A stretch of DNA of 63,934 nt, filler included, from an uncultured Myxococcia bacterium (GTDB lineage Bacteria; CAZTWC01), in NCBI GenBank assembly GCA_964617105.1. It is 3 parts of 3 records of this genome, joined end to end, with 100 filler letters (N's around TTAATTAATTAA, not from the genome) between each part and the next. Parts side by side here need not be neighbours in the genome. Positions count along the whole stretch, not along the records: positions 1 to 26,655 come from CAZTWC010000016.1; positions 26,756 to 52,940 come from CAZTWC010000017.1; 1 more part is not named here. One strand, given 5' to 3'. Of this stretch, positions 21,341 to 31,686 are shown piece after piece (positions within the stretch are counted from its first letter, which is position 1; the number at the start of each line of letters is the position of its first letter). The notes beneath the pieces were generated by a model. The model was not told the origin of the DNA. It did no database searches and was given only the letters and a program-made list of their open reading frames with translations. The position numbers were made by a program, and so were the translations under genes.

Positions 21341-21620
21341 TTACGCACCTGCCTTTTCTTTTGCCTTTTTGGTCTTGGTCAGACCGAAAAACAAAAAACC
21401 ATTCCAAGTAGTGCTGGTGATTTCTTTGGCAATTTTTGAAAGACTGCGGTAGGCCTGGCCGTTATATTCAAATCCCCTTTCAAGCATTTTGACTTGGTAT
21501 TCCTTGCCTTTGTAGATTTTTCTGATGGTTTCGCCAACTGCAGGAAGTCGCTTGTCCCTATTGACATCATTTTTCTGCTCTATTTTTTTTTCAATAACAA
21601 TACTCCTGATTTTATCTTTT
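21341..21620 (-). pseudogene. DUF2924 family protein (partner of large serine recombinases), no in-frame start
   Basis: Not in ORF track; minus strand reads RDKRLPAVGETIRKIYKGKEYQVKMLERGFEYNGQAYRSLSKIAKEITSTTWNGFLFFGL; stop abuts recombinase ATG. Confidence 0.75.
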
Positions 21621-21732
21621 CCATTCTTGCCGAAGTGCTGCCAATAGAAATCGCTTTCATTTTTAAGATATCTTTGCTAGATTAAACTGGTAACATTAAT
21701 GGTTTAGGCTTTGAAAATAAAGGTAAATCTAA

Positions 21733-22278
21733 ATGGCAGCCAACAAAAAGCAAACCTGGAAAGATGTAAAATCCATCCTGGTTGAAAAAGAAAAATCAGA
21801 ATTATTGAAATTGATCGCAGATCTATATTCCTTCAATACTAAAAACAAATTGTTTATTCACACAAGATACTCTGTTGGCGGAAAAACACTGGAACCATAT
21901 AGAACCATAATATCTGAATCACTCTATCCAGATGGTTATAAACCAATAAAACTCTCTGTAGGAAAAAAAGCAATATCAGATTATTTCAAGGCCACAAAGG
22001 ACAAGGCAGGCCAACTTGAGTTAATGGTTCACTACCTCGAAACAGGAACCCAGTGCACGGTTGATTATGGCGATATAGACGAACAGTTTTATTACAGTCT
22101 CGAGTCAATGCTTGAAAGAATACTTGCCACCTTAAAAAAACAACCTGCAGATGTTCAAGAAAAAAATTTCTCACGGTTAGAAAAAGTTGTTTCCTCTGCC
22201 AGGAATATTGGCTGGGGTTATTATGATTCTATTAGTGATTTGTTCAGTGAATATAAAAATGACATCAGAGGCACCTGA
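21733..22278 (+). CDS. Conserved hypothetical protein (DUF6155-like)
   Basis: KKAISDY, ELMVHYLE.G, YGDIDEQFYYSLESM, GWGYYD; AAGG RBS. Confidence 0.7.
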   Translation: MAANKKQTWKDVKSILVEKEKSELLKLIADLYSFNTKNKLFIHTRYSVGGKTLEPYRTIISESLYPDGYKPIKLSVGKKAISDYFKATKDKAGQLELMVHYLETGTQCTVDYGDIDEQFYYSLESMLERILATLKKQPADVQEKNFSRLEKVVSSARNIGWGYYDSISDLFSEYKNDIRGT

Positions 22279-22329
22279 CAAAATAAGCAGTCTTGGTTGC
22301 TTAAAACTCTGCTAATTTGGATTTTATCA

Positions 22330-22719
22330 ATGATAGACACAGAAATTCCTCCAGAATATTATGGTTGGTGGCGGATTATTGAGACGTCACAGTGGGTGAA
22401 CGATGATATTGACATCATCGGCACAGCCCTGATTTCACTTACAGGATATGACGACCAACTGAGGATGTTCGTTTTGCTTGCCAATGTAAACTGCAGACCA
22501 ACCAAAACGGGCGTCTCATTTACCTGGCAGGGAGCCTGGGAATATGACCCTGTCTCTGGAACCGGAAGTGTGAAACTCCGGAAGGATGGTCGCCTCACGG
22601 GCAGGCTCAAGATAAAAAATGGCGATGAAAGCACATTTATCGCTGAAAGGGCGGATGAACCGGACGAGCCCATTCCTGATCCACCAAGTTACCGTGACAA
22701 ATGGCGGCGCAGGTGGTGA
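22330..22719 (+). CDS. Conserved hypothetical protein
   Basis: GWWRIIETSQW...FTWQGAWEYDPVSGTGSV...GDESTFIAER. Confidence 0.65.
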   Translation: MIDTEIPPEYYGWWRIIETSQWVNDDIDIIGTALISLTGYDDQLRMFVLLANVNCRPTKTGVSFTWQGAWEYDPVSGTGSVKLRKDGRLTGRLKIKNGDESTFIAERADEPDEPIPDPPSYRDKWRRRW

Positions 22720-22794
22720 ACATCGAAATTGCTTCCACAATCAAGGCACCTGGCAAAAACTGTATGGCCCATTGTTCTCCTTCTCTCTCTTTGA

Positions 22795-23736
22795 TTAAAA
22801 AAGGTCAGTAACTTTTATCACATCATCCAACTCTCGTTTAAACGCTACATGCCGGTTAAATTTCACATTACGGAATTCATCTATCATTGCCGTGGCCTTT
22901 TCTGACATCCCCATTAACACAAAGGTTTCCGCCAGTGCGCCTAACACTTCTGAAGCACGTTTATATGCCCTGCGATGTTTGTTGCTGACAATATCCTCAA
23001 CCCGTTTCCAGCCAATATCCTTTGCCCATGACCAGTAGATTTCTCTCTCTTTTTCTTTTAAATCGAATTTTTTTAGTGCCTCAACAATATATTTTGAAAT
23101 CTTAGGTATTGTTTCATCCCGGTCATCACTATCCAGCGCCAAAGAGAATGAATCGTTTTCATCGATATATCTGGACATATTCTGCTGGATAATTTTTGCT
23201 TTTTGGTTTCCGTCAACAAGGGCAAATAAAATAGAAGAAAAAACAATTCCCACCGGTTCATCGACACAGGACCAGCCAATTATTGTTTTTTCGTTTTTGA
23301 CCTTTCCCATAACCAGGGAAATCTGGCCAAGCATCATCATCATCTTTACCTGGAGACATTTTTTAAGGGGTTGCTTTTCTTTTTCCAGCCAGTCAATGGC
23401 TGCTTGAATTTGCTCCTGGCGTTCTGCTTCCTCCAAATCACAAATCCAAATCCGGAGATGATATTCTCCTGGTTCTGAATAAAAAAGGGCCTTTCTCCCC
23501 AGGATCATCGCTGAATTATTGCCGCATTTCATTGCAGTTTCTATCAATAGCGTGGCCAATGTTGAACAAACCTTATCAAAACTCAAATTTCCAATGGCCT
23601 CCAATCCAACCTGACAGGCTGATTTCCACTTTGAATCTCTCACCAACATTTTCATCCAAAACAGATATCCCCAAGGTTTATCCCCTTTCCATTTAATTTT
23701 CAAAGAACTGAGAACTTTTGGCTGCTTGTAAAGCAA
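22795..23736 (-). pseudogene. Hypothetical helical protein, 5'-truncated
   Basis: 313-aa ORF with no good start or RBS; C-terminal IVSNKHRRAYKRASEVL...FNRHVAFKREL. Confidence 0.55.
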
Positions 23737-23794
23737 CCGACAATTTACTGTTTTGTGAATATCACTGACTTCACTGACTATTTGAAAGCCACAT

Positions 23795-24622
23795 TCACTT
23801 CAACATCTGCTTAAATTCACTTAGAGATTCAACTGTAATGGCTCTTTTATGCAAGTCATCCAACTTTTTCAACTCAACTATACACTTAACGGCAGTTGAA
23901 ATGGGTTCGGGAACTGAATCAAATCGTGTCGCTAAAACATCAATTACAGCGTCCTGGGATTTTTTAATCATCCCTTGAACAATTCCCTGTTCCACACCCT
24001 GCTGCATCCACTTCTCGGCTAATGTCGGCATGATATCATCTCCCTTATCCTTAAATACCTCTTTGAGAGCATGTTTAAGGTCTTCTTCCTTGATTTTATC
24101 TGTACCTTTAGACAGATAATGTAATACAGTTTTTATTGCTTCAAGACCACTTGGTGTCTCGATTATTTCTACAAATACATCAAAAATATCAGGCAACTTC
24201 TCCAATAATCTATCACTGCGGGAATATTTCAGCGTCATAAACGCTCCCTGCAGCATTGCCGCACCACCTCTCTTGAGTTCCTCATCCGAGTAATTTGATA
24301 GATCACACAGGGAATATCTAAAATTGGGAATAAACTCTTCAAACTTTTCACTATCGGTTATCAAACCAGAAAGATCTCTGGATATACTCCATTCTCGCAC
24401 TCCATGATAGAGGACCAAAGGAATTATCGATGGTAAGTGCTTTAGGGATTTATCTTGCTTTAACCACTGATCCCAAATTCTCACCATATATCGCAAAATA
24501 TCCAGAGATATCAATGGCTCAGGATAACTCTTATGCTCAAACAACAGGTAGATAGATGCTTTGGAGCCATCTTTCAATCTCAAACTGTCATGGGGATTTG
24601 ATATCCTGTTGGGGCTCATCAA
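23795..24622 (-). pseudogene. Rpn/YhgA-like recombination-promoting nuclease with in-frame internal deletion
   Basis: NPHD directly followed by IYLLFEHKS; IIPLVLYHG, MPTLAEKW..QG repeats; SDxLY segment missing. Confidence 0.85.
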
Positions 24623-24699
24623 TAAACCTTAATCCTTTTAACATTGTTATGGTAAAATTATGGCAAAACGGAACTGCGGAGCGCTAGGTTAGATCAGTA

Positions 24700-25209
24700 A
24701 AACAGGGAATTCTGCATCATGTGATAATATTCAATGAGCGCCATCTGCGTAGATTGATGGCTGAATATGTTGACTATTATCACAATGATCGGACTCACTT
24801 GGCTCTGAACAAGGATACTCCAGCCGGAAGGTCTGTTGAACAGAAGCCATCTGATGATGCTGATATAAATACCAATGCCAAAATTGTTTCCCTACCGAGA
24901 CTCGGCGGTCTCCACCATCGTTATACTTGGCAAGAGAAAAAGAAAAAAGATCAAAAACAGGCTGCCTGATATTCGGTTGTCAAAGAACTGGGTTAATGGT
25001 TGTTAAACACGACTTTGTCGTGAGTGGATTGATCCGTCCCCCGACGTCAAAAATAGCAAGTTACAATCTCATTGCTGCCTAAATAGCCGGTAAGCCCCTC
25101 CATCTCTTTACATTCTACAATATATCCTCTCAATCTGGAAGGAAAAATTGCAAAACAATGTATGGATATCTCCTACATTTGGGGGCTGGATGGGTTTTTG
25201 GAAGGTACA
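24700..25209 (+). mobile_element. IS remnant: integrase core C-terminus and probable right end
   Basis: HVIIFNERHLRRLMAEYVDYYHNDRTHLALNKDTP...LGGLHHRY (24721-24969); end-like ggatgggtttttggaaggtaca at 25188-25209. Confidence 0.7.
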
Positions 25210-25248
25210 ATGTAATTATGGTGGAGTTTCTGTTTTGTGATAAATAGG

Positions 25249-25640
25249 TTACCTTACACATTTTGCATAAAAATTATCATGGGGAATTGACCCCAAATTA
25301 AATCTACTAACTTCAGCATTATAATAATACTGATGTGCCCATGATTTAAAAATAACTCTATCTGATGTCCAGTAAAGATGGTAGTCTGATTTAAGAAATA
25401 GTATGGTTCTACAAGCTCCCATACAACTTGAACAATTAATAGTTAGATATTTATCTGGTGCACTACATTTATCATTAATTAAACTAATAATATCATCCTT
25501 TGACGACAAGGCCCAATCATTATATCCGCCAAGTTGGAGATTATTGCAATGTGAGATAGCATCAGTAATACTTGTTCGGCCAAATCTCATTTTAGTCCAC
25601 ATCTTATTTGTTTTTACTCCATCAAAGTTATATAAATCTC
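25249..25640 (-). pseudogene. DUF1566/Lcl C-terminal (C-type lectin-like) domain fragment
   Basis: MW...AISHCNNLQLGGYNDW.L....I.SL...YWTS...AKCVR*; AT-rich; no upstream part. Confidence 0.65.
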
Positions 25641-25685
25641 TGAATAACTACTACCGGCAAAGATGAATCATCGATTGTAGTCCAC

Positions 25686-26655
25686 TCACCACCATCCCAA
25701 AAAACCGCTCACATCCTTCATCTCACTCGGGTCGGCACCACGCCGGCCGGCGATGTTGGATTTTCGCTTTATGCCATACTTAGTGAGATCTTCGGGCAAC
25801 TGCTTTTGGGCTTTGAGCATTAAAATCATCAGGTCCTGTTTCAGCAATGTTTTAGTGGATGTGCCGGTATCAGCGCCGCGGCGGCCACCCAAACTGGAGG
25901 TCGGGCGTCGAGCCTGGGCATCTTTCAAATCATCGCCGCCCGTTTTGCCAGCCAAGTCGCCTTTGACTTGAACCAACAGGGCCATTATCTCCTGGTTGTT
26001 GCGCAACTCCTGGTCGCTGGCATCAGTACCCCGGCGGCCGCCCAAGGAGCGTGGCTTGTTGGCGGCGGCACTCTTGACCTGGCCCGCTTGTGATAGTGCC
26101 TGCCGCGACCTATTCATCAGCATGGCCAGATCGAATTTTAATTGGGCCCGGCCATTTTTTTCGGTTCCCCGCATCCCGTTATCGGTCAAACTCAGCCCCA
26201 TCTGCACCAAAAATGGCTCGGCTCCATATTCAACCGACTTTTTCATCCACTTGAGGGCTTGCTTCTCAGCACCTTTGACAAAATTGGCAATAGCCAGGTT
26301 GGAGGTGATAACCGCCTGGATACTGTTACCACTTGAAACATTATTTCCAGAACTGCTGGAATCTTTACTCGCGCTGTCATTACCGCCTTTGTTGTCACTA
26401 CCGCTGCCACTGATTTTAAAGGCTTGGTTAAATTCCCCAATGGCCTTGTTCATGTTGCCGGCTAAGAAAGACACATTGGCCAGGTTATTGAGCAGGCCGG
26501 GGTTGTGGTTATGCTTTTGCAATCCCTTTTGGATATTTTTTTTCGCATCCTTAAGCCGGCCGGTTTTAGCTAAGAGTTGGCACTGTCGACCAATAGACCG
26601 GGGATCATCTTTGCCCTTTAATTGCTTGAGCATTTTGGTCAAATAGGCATTGTTA
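25686..26655 (-). CDS. TPR-containing protein with repeated GRRG(A/T)D motifs, 5' end cut by contig end
   Basis: TPR-like LLNNLANVSFLAGNMNKAIGEFNQA and SNLAIANFVKG; four RG-motif + helix units. Confidence 0.7.
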
Positions 26656-26755
26656 NNNNNNNNNNNNNNNNNNNNNNNNNNNNNNNNNNNNNNNNNNNNT
26701 TAATTAATTAANNNNNNNNNNNNNNNNNNNNNNNNNNNNNNNNNNNNNNNNNNNN
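26656..26755. other. Artificial contig spacer
   Basis: N44-TTAATTAATTAA-N44, stops in all six frames. Confidence 0.98.
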
Positions 26756-28719
26756 TTTAAAATAGGATATAATGTTTCATTTATAAGTGATGACTTCCCA
26801 TTGCCAGAAACCCCTGTAACTGCAATCATCTTTCCTAATGGAAAAGAAACATCTATATTCTTTAAATTATTTCCATTACATCCAGATAGATTAATTTCAT
26901 TACCATTACCTGATCTTATTTTAGATGGAATTTTTATTTTTTTTCTATCAGTTAAATAATCAGATGTTAATGTTTTAGTTTTGATTATTTTATCTGGGGA
27001 ACCCTCATATATAATCTCACCACCTCTTAATCCAGCATTTGGACCAAGATCTATTATATGATCAGCATTTAAAATCATTTCCTTATCATGTTCAACAACA
27101 ATTATTGAGTTACCAGAATCTCTTAAAGTTTTTAATGAATTTATTAATTTAATATTATCCTTTTGATGCAATCCTATACTAGGTTCATCAAGTATATAAA
27201 GCACCCCGGTAAGGGAAGAGCCAATTTGGGTGGCCAGGTGGATACGCTGTGATTCGCCTCCAGACAGAGTAGAGGCGCTGCGGCTCAGAGAAAGATAATT
27301 TAACCCCACGTTTTCAAGAAAAGAGAGACGCTCTTTTATCTCCCGGATTATCCGGGCCGAGATATCTTGCTCCCGTTTGCTCAACATCAGTTGGTTAAAA
27401 AACTGGTACGCCTGGCTGATAGGTTTCTGGGTAATCTGTTGAATATTCAGACCGCCCACTTTAAAATGGAGGCTTTCTTTCCGCAGTCTGGCCCCTTGGC
27501 ACTCCGGGCATTCCCGGGTATTCATAAAGGACTCCATCCATTCCCGCATCCCCTCCGACTTGGTTTCCCGGTAACGTCTCTTCAAGTTGGTCAGCACTCC
27601 TTCAAAAGGCCGCCTGGTCTGGTGCGACATAGAGTTGCCCTCAAAAAAGAAGTCAAACTTCTGGTCTCCCGAGCCGTGCAGGATCACCTCTTTGGCTTCC
27701 TGGCTCAACTGGTTGTAAGGAGTATCCAGGCTAAAACCATAGTGGCGGCCTACCGACTTTAGCATAGAAGTAAAAATCGGTGCCAGTCCATTGGATCCCC
27801 AGGCAGCAACAGCTCCATCCCGCAGAGACATGCTGGTATCTCGCACCACCAGGTGGGGATCAAAATAGAAGTTTTTTCCCAGGCCGGTACATTCGGGGCA
27901 GGCACCATAGGGGCTATTAAAGGAAAACATCCGCGGCGCCATCTCCGGATAGGAGATACCGCACTGGATACAGGCCAACCGTTCACTCAACAGTTGCTCT
28001 TTTTCTCCCTTAAAATCGATGATACAAAGACTTCCCGCTATTTGCAAAGCCATCTCTATCGATTCGTAGATTCGGCTGCGGTTGCTATCTTTTACTACTA
28101 GCCGGTCAATATAGAGATCGATATTGTGCGTAGTATTTTTATTGAGTTGAATATCTTCTCCCAAATCGTGAACTTGGCCATCAACTCTGGCTCTGACAAA
28201 TCCCTCTTTTCTCCAGGCCAAAAATTCCCGCCGAAACTCCCCCTTGCGGCCCTGTACCATGGGCGCTAAAATCGAAAGCCTGGTACCTGGTTGGTGGCTC
28301 AAAACCAGGTTGGTCATCTGTTCTACTGTCTGTGATTCGATGGGTTGGCCGCACTGGTAACAGTAAGGATGGCCAATACGGGCAAAAAGGAGACGCAAAT
28401 AGTCGTAAATTTCTGTAACCGTGCCTACAGTGGAGCGGGGATTACGGCTGGCATTTTTTTGTTCGATAGCAATGGCTGGACTGAGGCCTTCGATGGAATC
28501 CACATCGGGCTTGGACATCTGTTCTAAAAACTGGCGGGCATAAGCAGACAAAGATTCCACATAACGGCGTTGACCTTCAGCGTAGATAGTATCAAAAGCC
28601 AATGATGATTTACCCGAACCGGAGAGACCAGTGATCACCACCAATTTATCCCGGGGAATTTGCACATCTATATTGTTTAAATTGTGCTCTCTGGCGCCAC
28701 TGACAGTTAATGTTTTCAT
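26756..28719 (-). CDS. uvrA: Excinuclease ABC subunit A, 3'-partial; segment 26756-~27195 appears to come from another organism
   Basis: [21 protein letters not shown], Zn fingers, [19 protein letters not shown]. Confidence 0.96.
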
Positions 28720-29777
28720 CTATTTCGGTTTCCAGCCATCTGAATCGCGATTTCAATAGCCCGGATCATACTAAAAGGCGAAGCTATCCCCTGTCCGGAG
28801 ATATCGTAGGCTACTCCATGATCGACAGAAGTGCGAATAATGGGCAATCCCAAAGTGACATTGACGCCATCATCAAAGTGAACCAGTTTCAAAGGAGCCA
28901 GGCCCTGGTCATGGTACATGGCCAGCACCACGTCAAAATCACCTTGATAGGTCTGATAAAAAACAGTATCTCCCGGCAAAGGCCCATGAACGTCAATATC
29001 CTCATCTCTAGCCATAACAATAGCGGGAGCAATTATCTCCTCCTCCTCCCGGCCAAACATTCCCCCGTCAGAGCAATGGGGATTCAGACCGCAAACCGCT
29101 ATTTTAGGCCTGGGAATATTAAAGTCACGTCCAAAGGCTCTATGGATCAGGGCAATTTTCTGATAAATCAGAGTTTGATTCAAAGCAACGGGCACATCGT
29201 GGATGGCCAAATGGGTGGTGGCCAGCACCACTTTCAGTCGATCTCCTCCCAGCATCATAGCGTAAGGGCCAACTTTATCTGCCTGACCAGATATCCTATC
29301 CATCTCCCCTTTACCCAGACAATATGAAGCTAAATACTCGGTGTGACCCGGATAGGGTAGACCCATGCTGGCCAAGCCCTGTTTATGTATGGGACCGGTA
29401 ACCATAGCCTCGATTTCCCCATCAATGGCTAGTTTTACCCCCTCCTTAATATAGGCGAATTGTGCCCTGGCAGCCTCAATATCCGTGGCCGCTCGCTTAA
29501 AATCCTTTAACCTGCTTAGATTGTAAACCCCTATCCGCTCCTCCCAACCGCTGTTGCCCTGGGGATGCCATTTAGCCATCTTCATCTCTATACCCAGCCT
29601 CTGGGCGGTTCTGGATAAAAGGCCTAAATCTCCTAGCACCACCAAAGAGGCCTTCCCCTGGAAGCGTTTAAGGGCCTTTATTATAATCTCCGGCCCGATT
29701 CCCGCCGGATCTCCCATGGTTATACCAATTATGGGAAAATCTCCACATGACTCTTTTTTTTCACATCTAAAATCCAT
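28716..29777 (-). CDS. pdxA: 4-hydroxythreonine-4-phosphate dehydrogenase
   Basis: [37 protein letters not shown]. Confidence 0.95.
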   Translation of the reverse strand: MDFRCEKKESCGDFPIIGITMGDPAGIGPEIIIKALKRFQGKASLVVLGDLGLLSRTAQRLGIEMKMAKWHPQGNSGWEERIGVYNLSRLKDFKRAATDIEAARAQFAYIKEGVKLAIDGEIEAMVTGPIHKQGLASMGLPYPGHTEYLASYCLGKGEMDRISGQADKVGPYAMMLGGDRLKVVLATTHLAIHDVPVALNQTLIYQKIALIHRAFGRDFNIPRPKIAVCGLNPHCSDGGMFGREEEEIIAPAIVMARDEDIDVHGPLPGDTVFYQTYQGDFDVVLAMYHDQGLAPLKLVHFDDGVNVTLGLPIIRTSVDHGVAYDISGQGIASPFSMIRAIEIAIQMAGNRNR

Positions 29778-30694
29778 TGAGAATACTTCTCCTCCAGTTT
29801 TTCCTGCAACAGGCGGCCACGAATTTTCTCTTTAACCTCCTGCAGAGATTTGGTCCCAACATTTTTAAACTCCACTAATTGGATCAGGTGAAAGCCAAAA
29901 GCCGTCTTTACCGGTTCGCTTATATCCCCTTGTTTCATAGAAAAAGCCTTTTTTTCAAATGGTTCCACCATCTCGCCTCGGCCAAAAAAACCCAAATCTC
30001 CGCCATTCTTGGCACTGGGACACTGGGAATATTGCCGGGCCATCTCGCTAAAGTCGGCTCCCTGGGAAATTTTTTCCTTTATCATCTTCAGCTTTTGCAA
30101 AACACTCTTTTCCTGTTCAGGAGGGTAATCACCCTCTAATTTTAGTAATATATGCCTCACTCGGATTTGTCGATCCTTATTGATTACATTTGCCGTCTGG
30201 CTGTAATAATTTTTAATATCCTCATCACTAACCTTGACTTGCCGCCTGAACATACGGTTTACCACCTTTATTTTTAATATCTGCCCAGCGATCACCCGCC
30301 CATATTGTTCCAAAGACATGCCCTGCATCTTCAACGCCTGGGTAAACTGCCCCTGATCCATATTGTTTTGAGCCATAACTCCCTTGAGATAACTCTCTAT
30401 ATCCTTCTTACTGACACTTATCCCTACTTTGGCTGCCGCTCCCTCCAGTAACCTTTGTTCGATTAGTTCATCCAACACTTTTTTTAATACAGCCTCCTCC
30501 TTTTCCCGGTATTCAGGTGTAGAACCCATGGATTGGTAAGGTTTCAGGTAAGGCCGGGCCAATTTATGCAAATCATAGCGGGTGATAATCTGGTCGTTAA
30601 CCCTGGCCATAATCCGGTCAATCAACTCGGCCCGGGATAAATTTCCCCATAATATCAACCCAATAAAAAACCCTAAATATGCTAATTTTTTCAC
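29729..30694 (-). CDS. surA: SurA-like parvulin peptidyl-prolyl isomerase
   Basis: Signal peptide, IDRIMARVNDQIIT, RHIL, GGDLG, FGFHLI; upstream of pdxA. Confidence 0.8.
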   Translation of the reverse strand: MKKLAYLGFFIGLILWGNLSRAELIDRIMARVNDQIITRYDLHKLARPYLKPYQSMGSTPEYREKEEAVLKKVLDELIEQRLLEGAAAKVGISVSKKDIESYLKGVMAQNNMDQGQFTQALKMQGMSLEQYGRVIAGQILKIKVVNRMFRRQVKVSDEDIKNYYSQTANVINKDRQIRVRHILLKLEGDYPPEQEKSVLQKLKMIKEKISQGADFSEMARQYSQCPSAKNGGDLGFFGRGEMVEPFEKKAFSMKQGDISEPVKTAFGFHLIQLVEFKNVGTKSLQEVKEKIRGRLLQEKLEEKYSQWILDVKKKSHVEIFP

Positions 30695-30706
30695 CCTTCT
30701 CTCCTT

Positions 30707-31678
30707 TTATAAATCCCCATAAAAAATTTCTATCTCGGCCCTTCGCTTAAGATCATCCAGCCAAAACTCTTCCAAAACTAATCGCCGTTCCATCTTTAAT
30801 TTCTTGATGATCACAGGTTTTGCCTCTTGGAAAGTTAAATACCCCGCCTTTTTCCTATCCAGCAACTTAAATATATGAAAACCATAGGAACTCTGAATAA
30901 CATCACTGATTTTACCTTTTATTAAATTAAAACAAACCCTGTCAAATATCTCCGGCATCACCTTGCGTTTAAAAAAGCCTAAATCCCCACCTTGTTTTGC
31001 CTCTGGCGCCACCGAGTACCTTTTAGCCAAAATGCCGAACTCTTCACCAAATTCCAATTGTTTCTTTATCCTTTTGGCCTCTTCCTCTGTCCTCACAATT
31101 ATATGTAGAGGATGTACCTGCTCCGGTTGATAGAAATCGTGATAACTTAAAAGATAATAGTGCCGCACCTCTTCATCGCTAAACACCAATTGTTGGACAA
31201 ATAACTTATTAACCAATTTTTGCATCAACAACTGCTTGTGGACAATCTGCCGGTATTCAGCATTGGTAATTGACTGATCGATAAGTTGCCGGACAAAGTT
31301 TTCTGAGCCATACTCTTTTTTGGTTTGCTCCTGGTATTCATGGATTTCATCTTCGCTAACATATAGTTTTGCTTTCTTGCTCGCCCCCAAAATCAACCGC
31401 TCCTCTACCAAAGAATTTATCAGATGAATTTTCAACTTTTTAATCTTCTCTGAATCCAGAGCCTGGCGTGCCAGGCTGGCTCGCTGAGAAAATCTCTGAA
31501 ACAAGAGGTTAAACTCTTCCTGAGTAATGACTTCGCCATTTACCATAGCCGCTATTTTCTCAATTTCTTTATTTTTATATGGTTGCAGGCAAGCGGCAAA
31601 TAACCACAGAAATATCAATATAGTATAGAAAAAATTCTTATAAATTCTTGGAATTAACTTGTTGGTGGGCGTTTCCAT
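30707..31678 (-). CDS. Parvulin-type PPIase lipoprotein
   Basis: Lipobox FAAC, VNGEVIT, GGDLGFF, YGFHIFK. Confidence 0.85.
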   Translation of the reverse strand: METPTNKLIPRIYKNFFYTILIFLWLFAACLQPYKNKEIEKIAAMVNGEVITQEEFNLLFQRFSQRASLARQALDSEKIKKLKIHLINSLVEERLILGASKKAKLYVSEDEIHEYQEQTKKEYGSENFVRQLIDQSITNAEYRQIVHKQLLMQKLVNKLFVQQLVFSDEEVRHYYLLSYHDFYQPEQVHPLHIIVRTEEEAKRIKKQLEFGEEFGILAKRYSVAPEAKQGGDLGFFKRKVMPEIFDRVCFNLIKGKISDVIQSSYGFHIFKLLDRKKAGYLTFQEAKPVIIKKLKMERRLVLEEFWLDDLKRRAEIEIFYGDL

Positions 31679-31686
31679 CTTTATTC

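Noticed and set aside
21583-21591. A9 tract in the DUF2924 gene as a programmed frameshift or phase-variation site
   Set aside because: Poly-A/T runs are common throughout this AT-rich sequence, and the missing start is equally explained by truncation.
25996-26646. 216-aa + strand ORF
   Set aside because: Antisense shadow of the TPR protein.
26700-26711. TTAATTAATTAA palindrome (also 52985-52996)
   Set aside because: Artificial six-frame-stop linker padded with Ns.
28710-29327. 205-aa + strand ORF
   Set aside because: Antisense shadow of pdxA.
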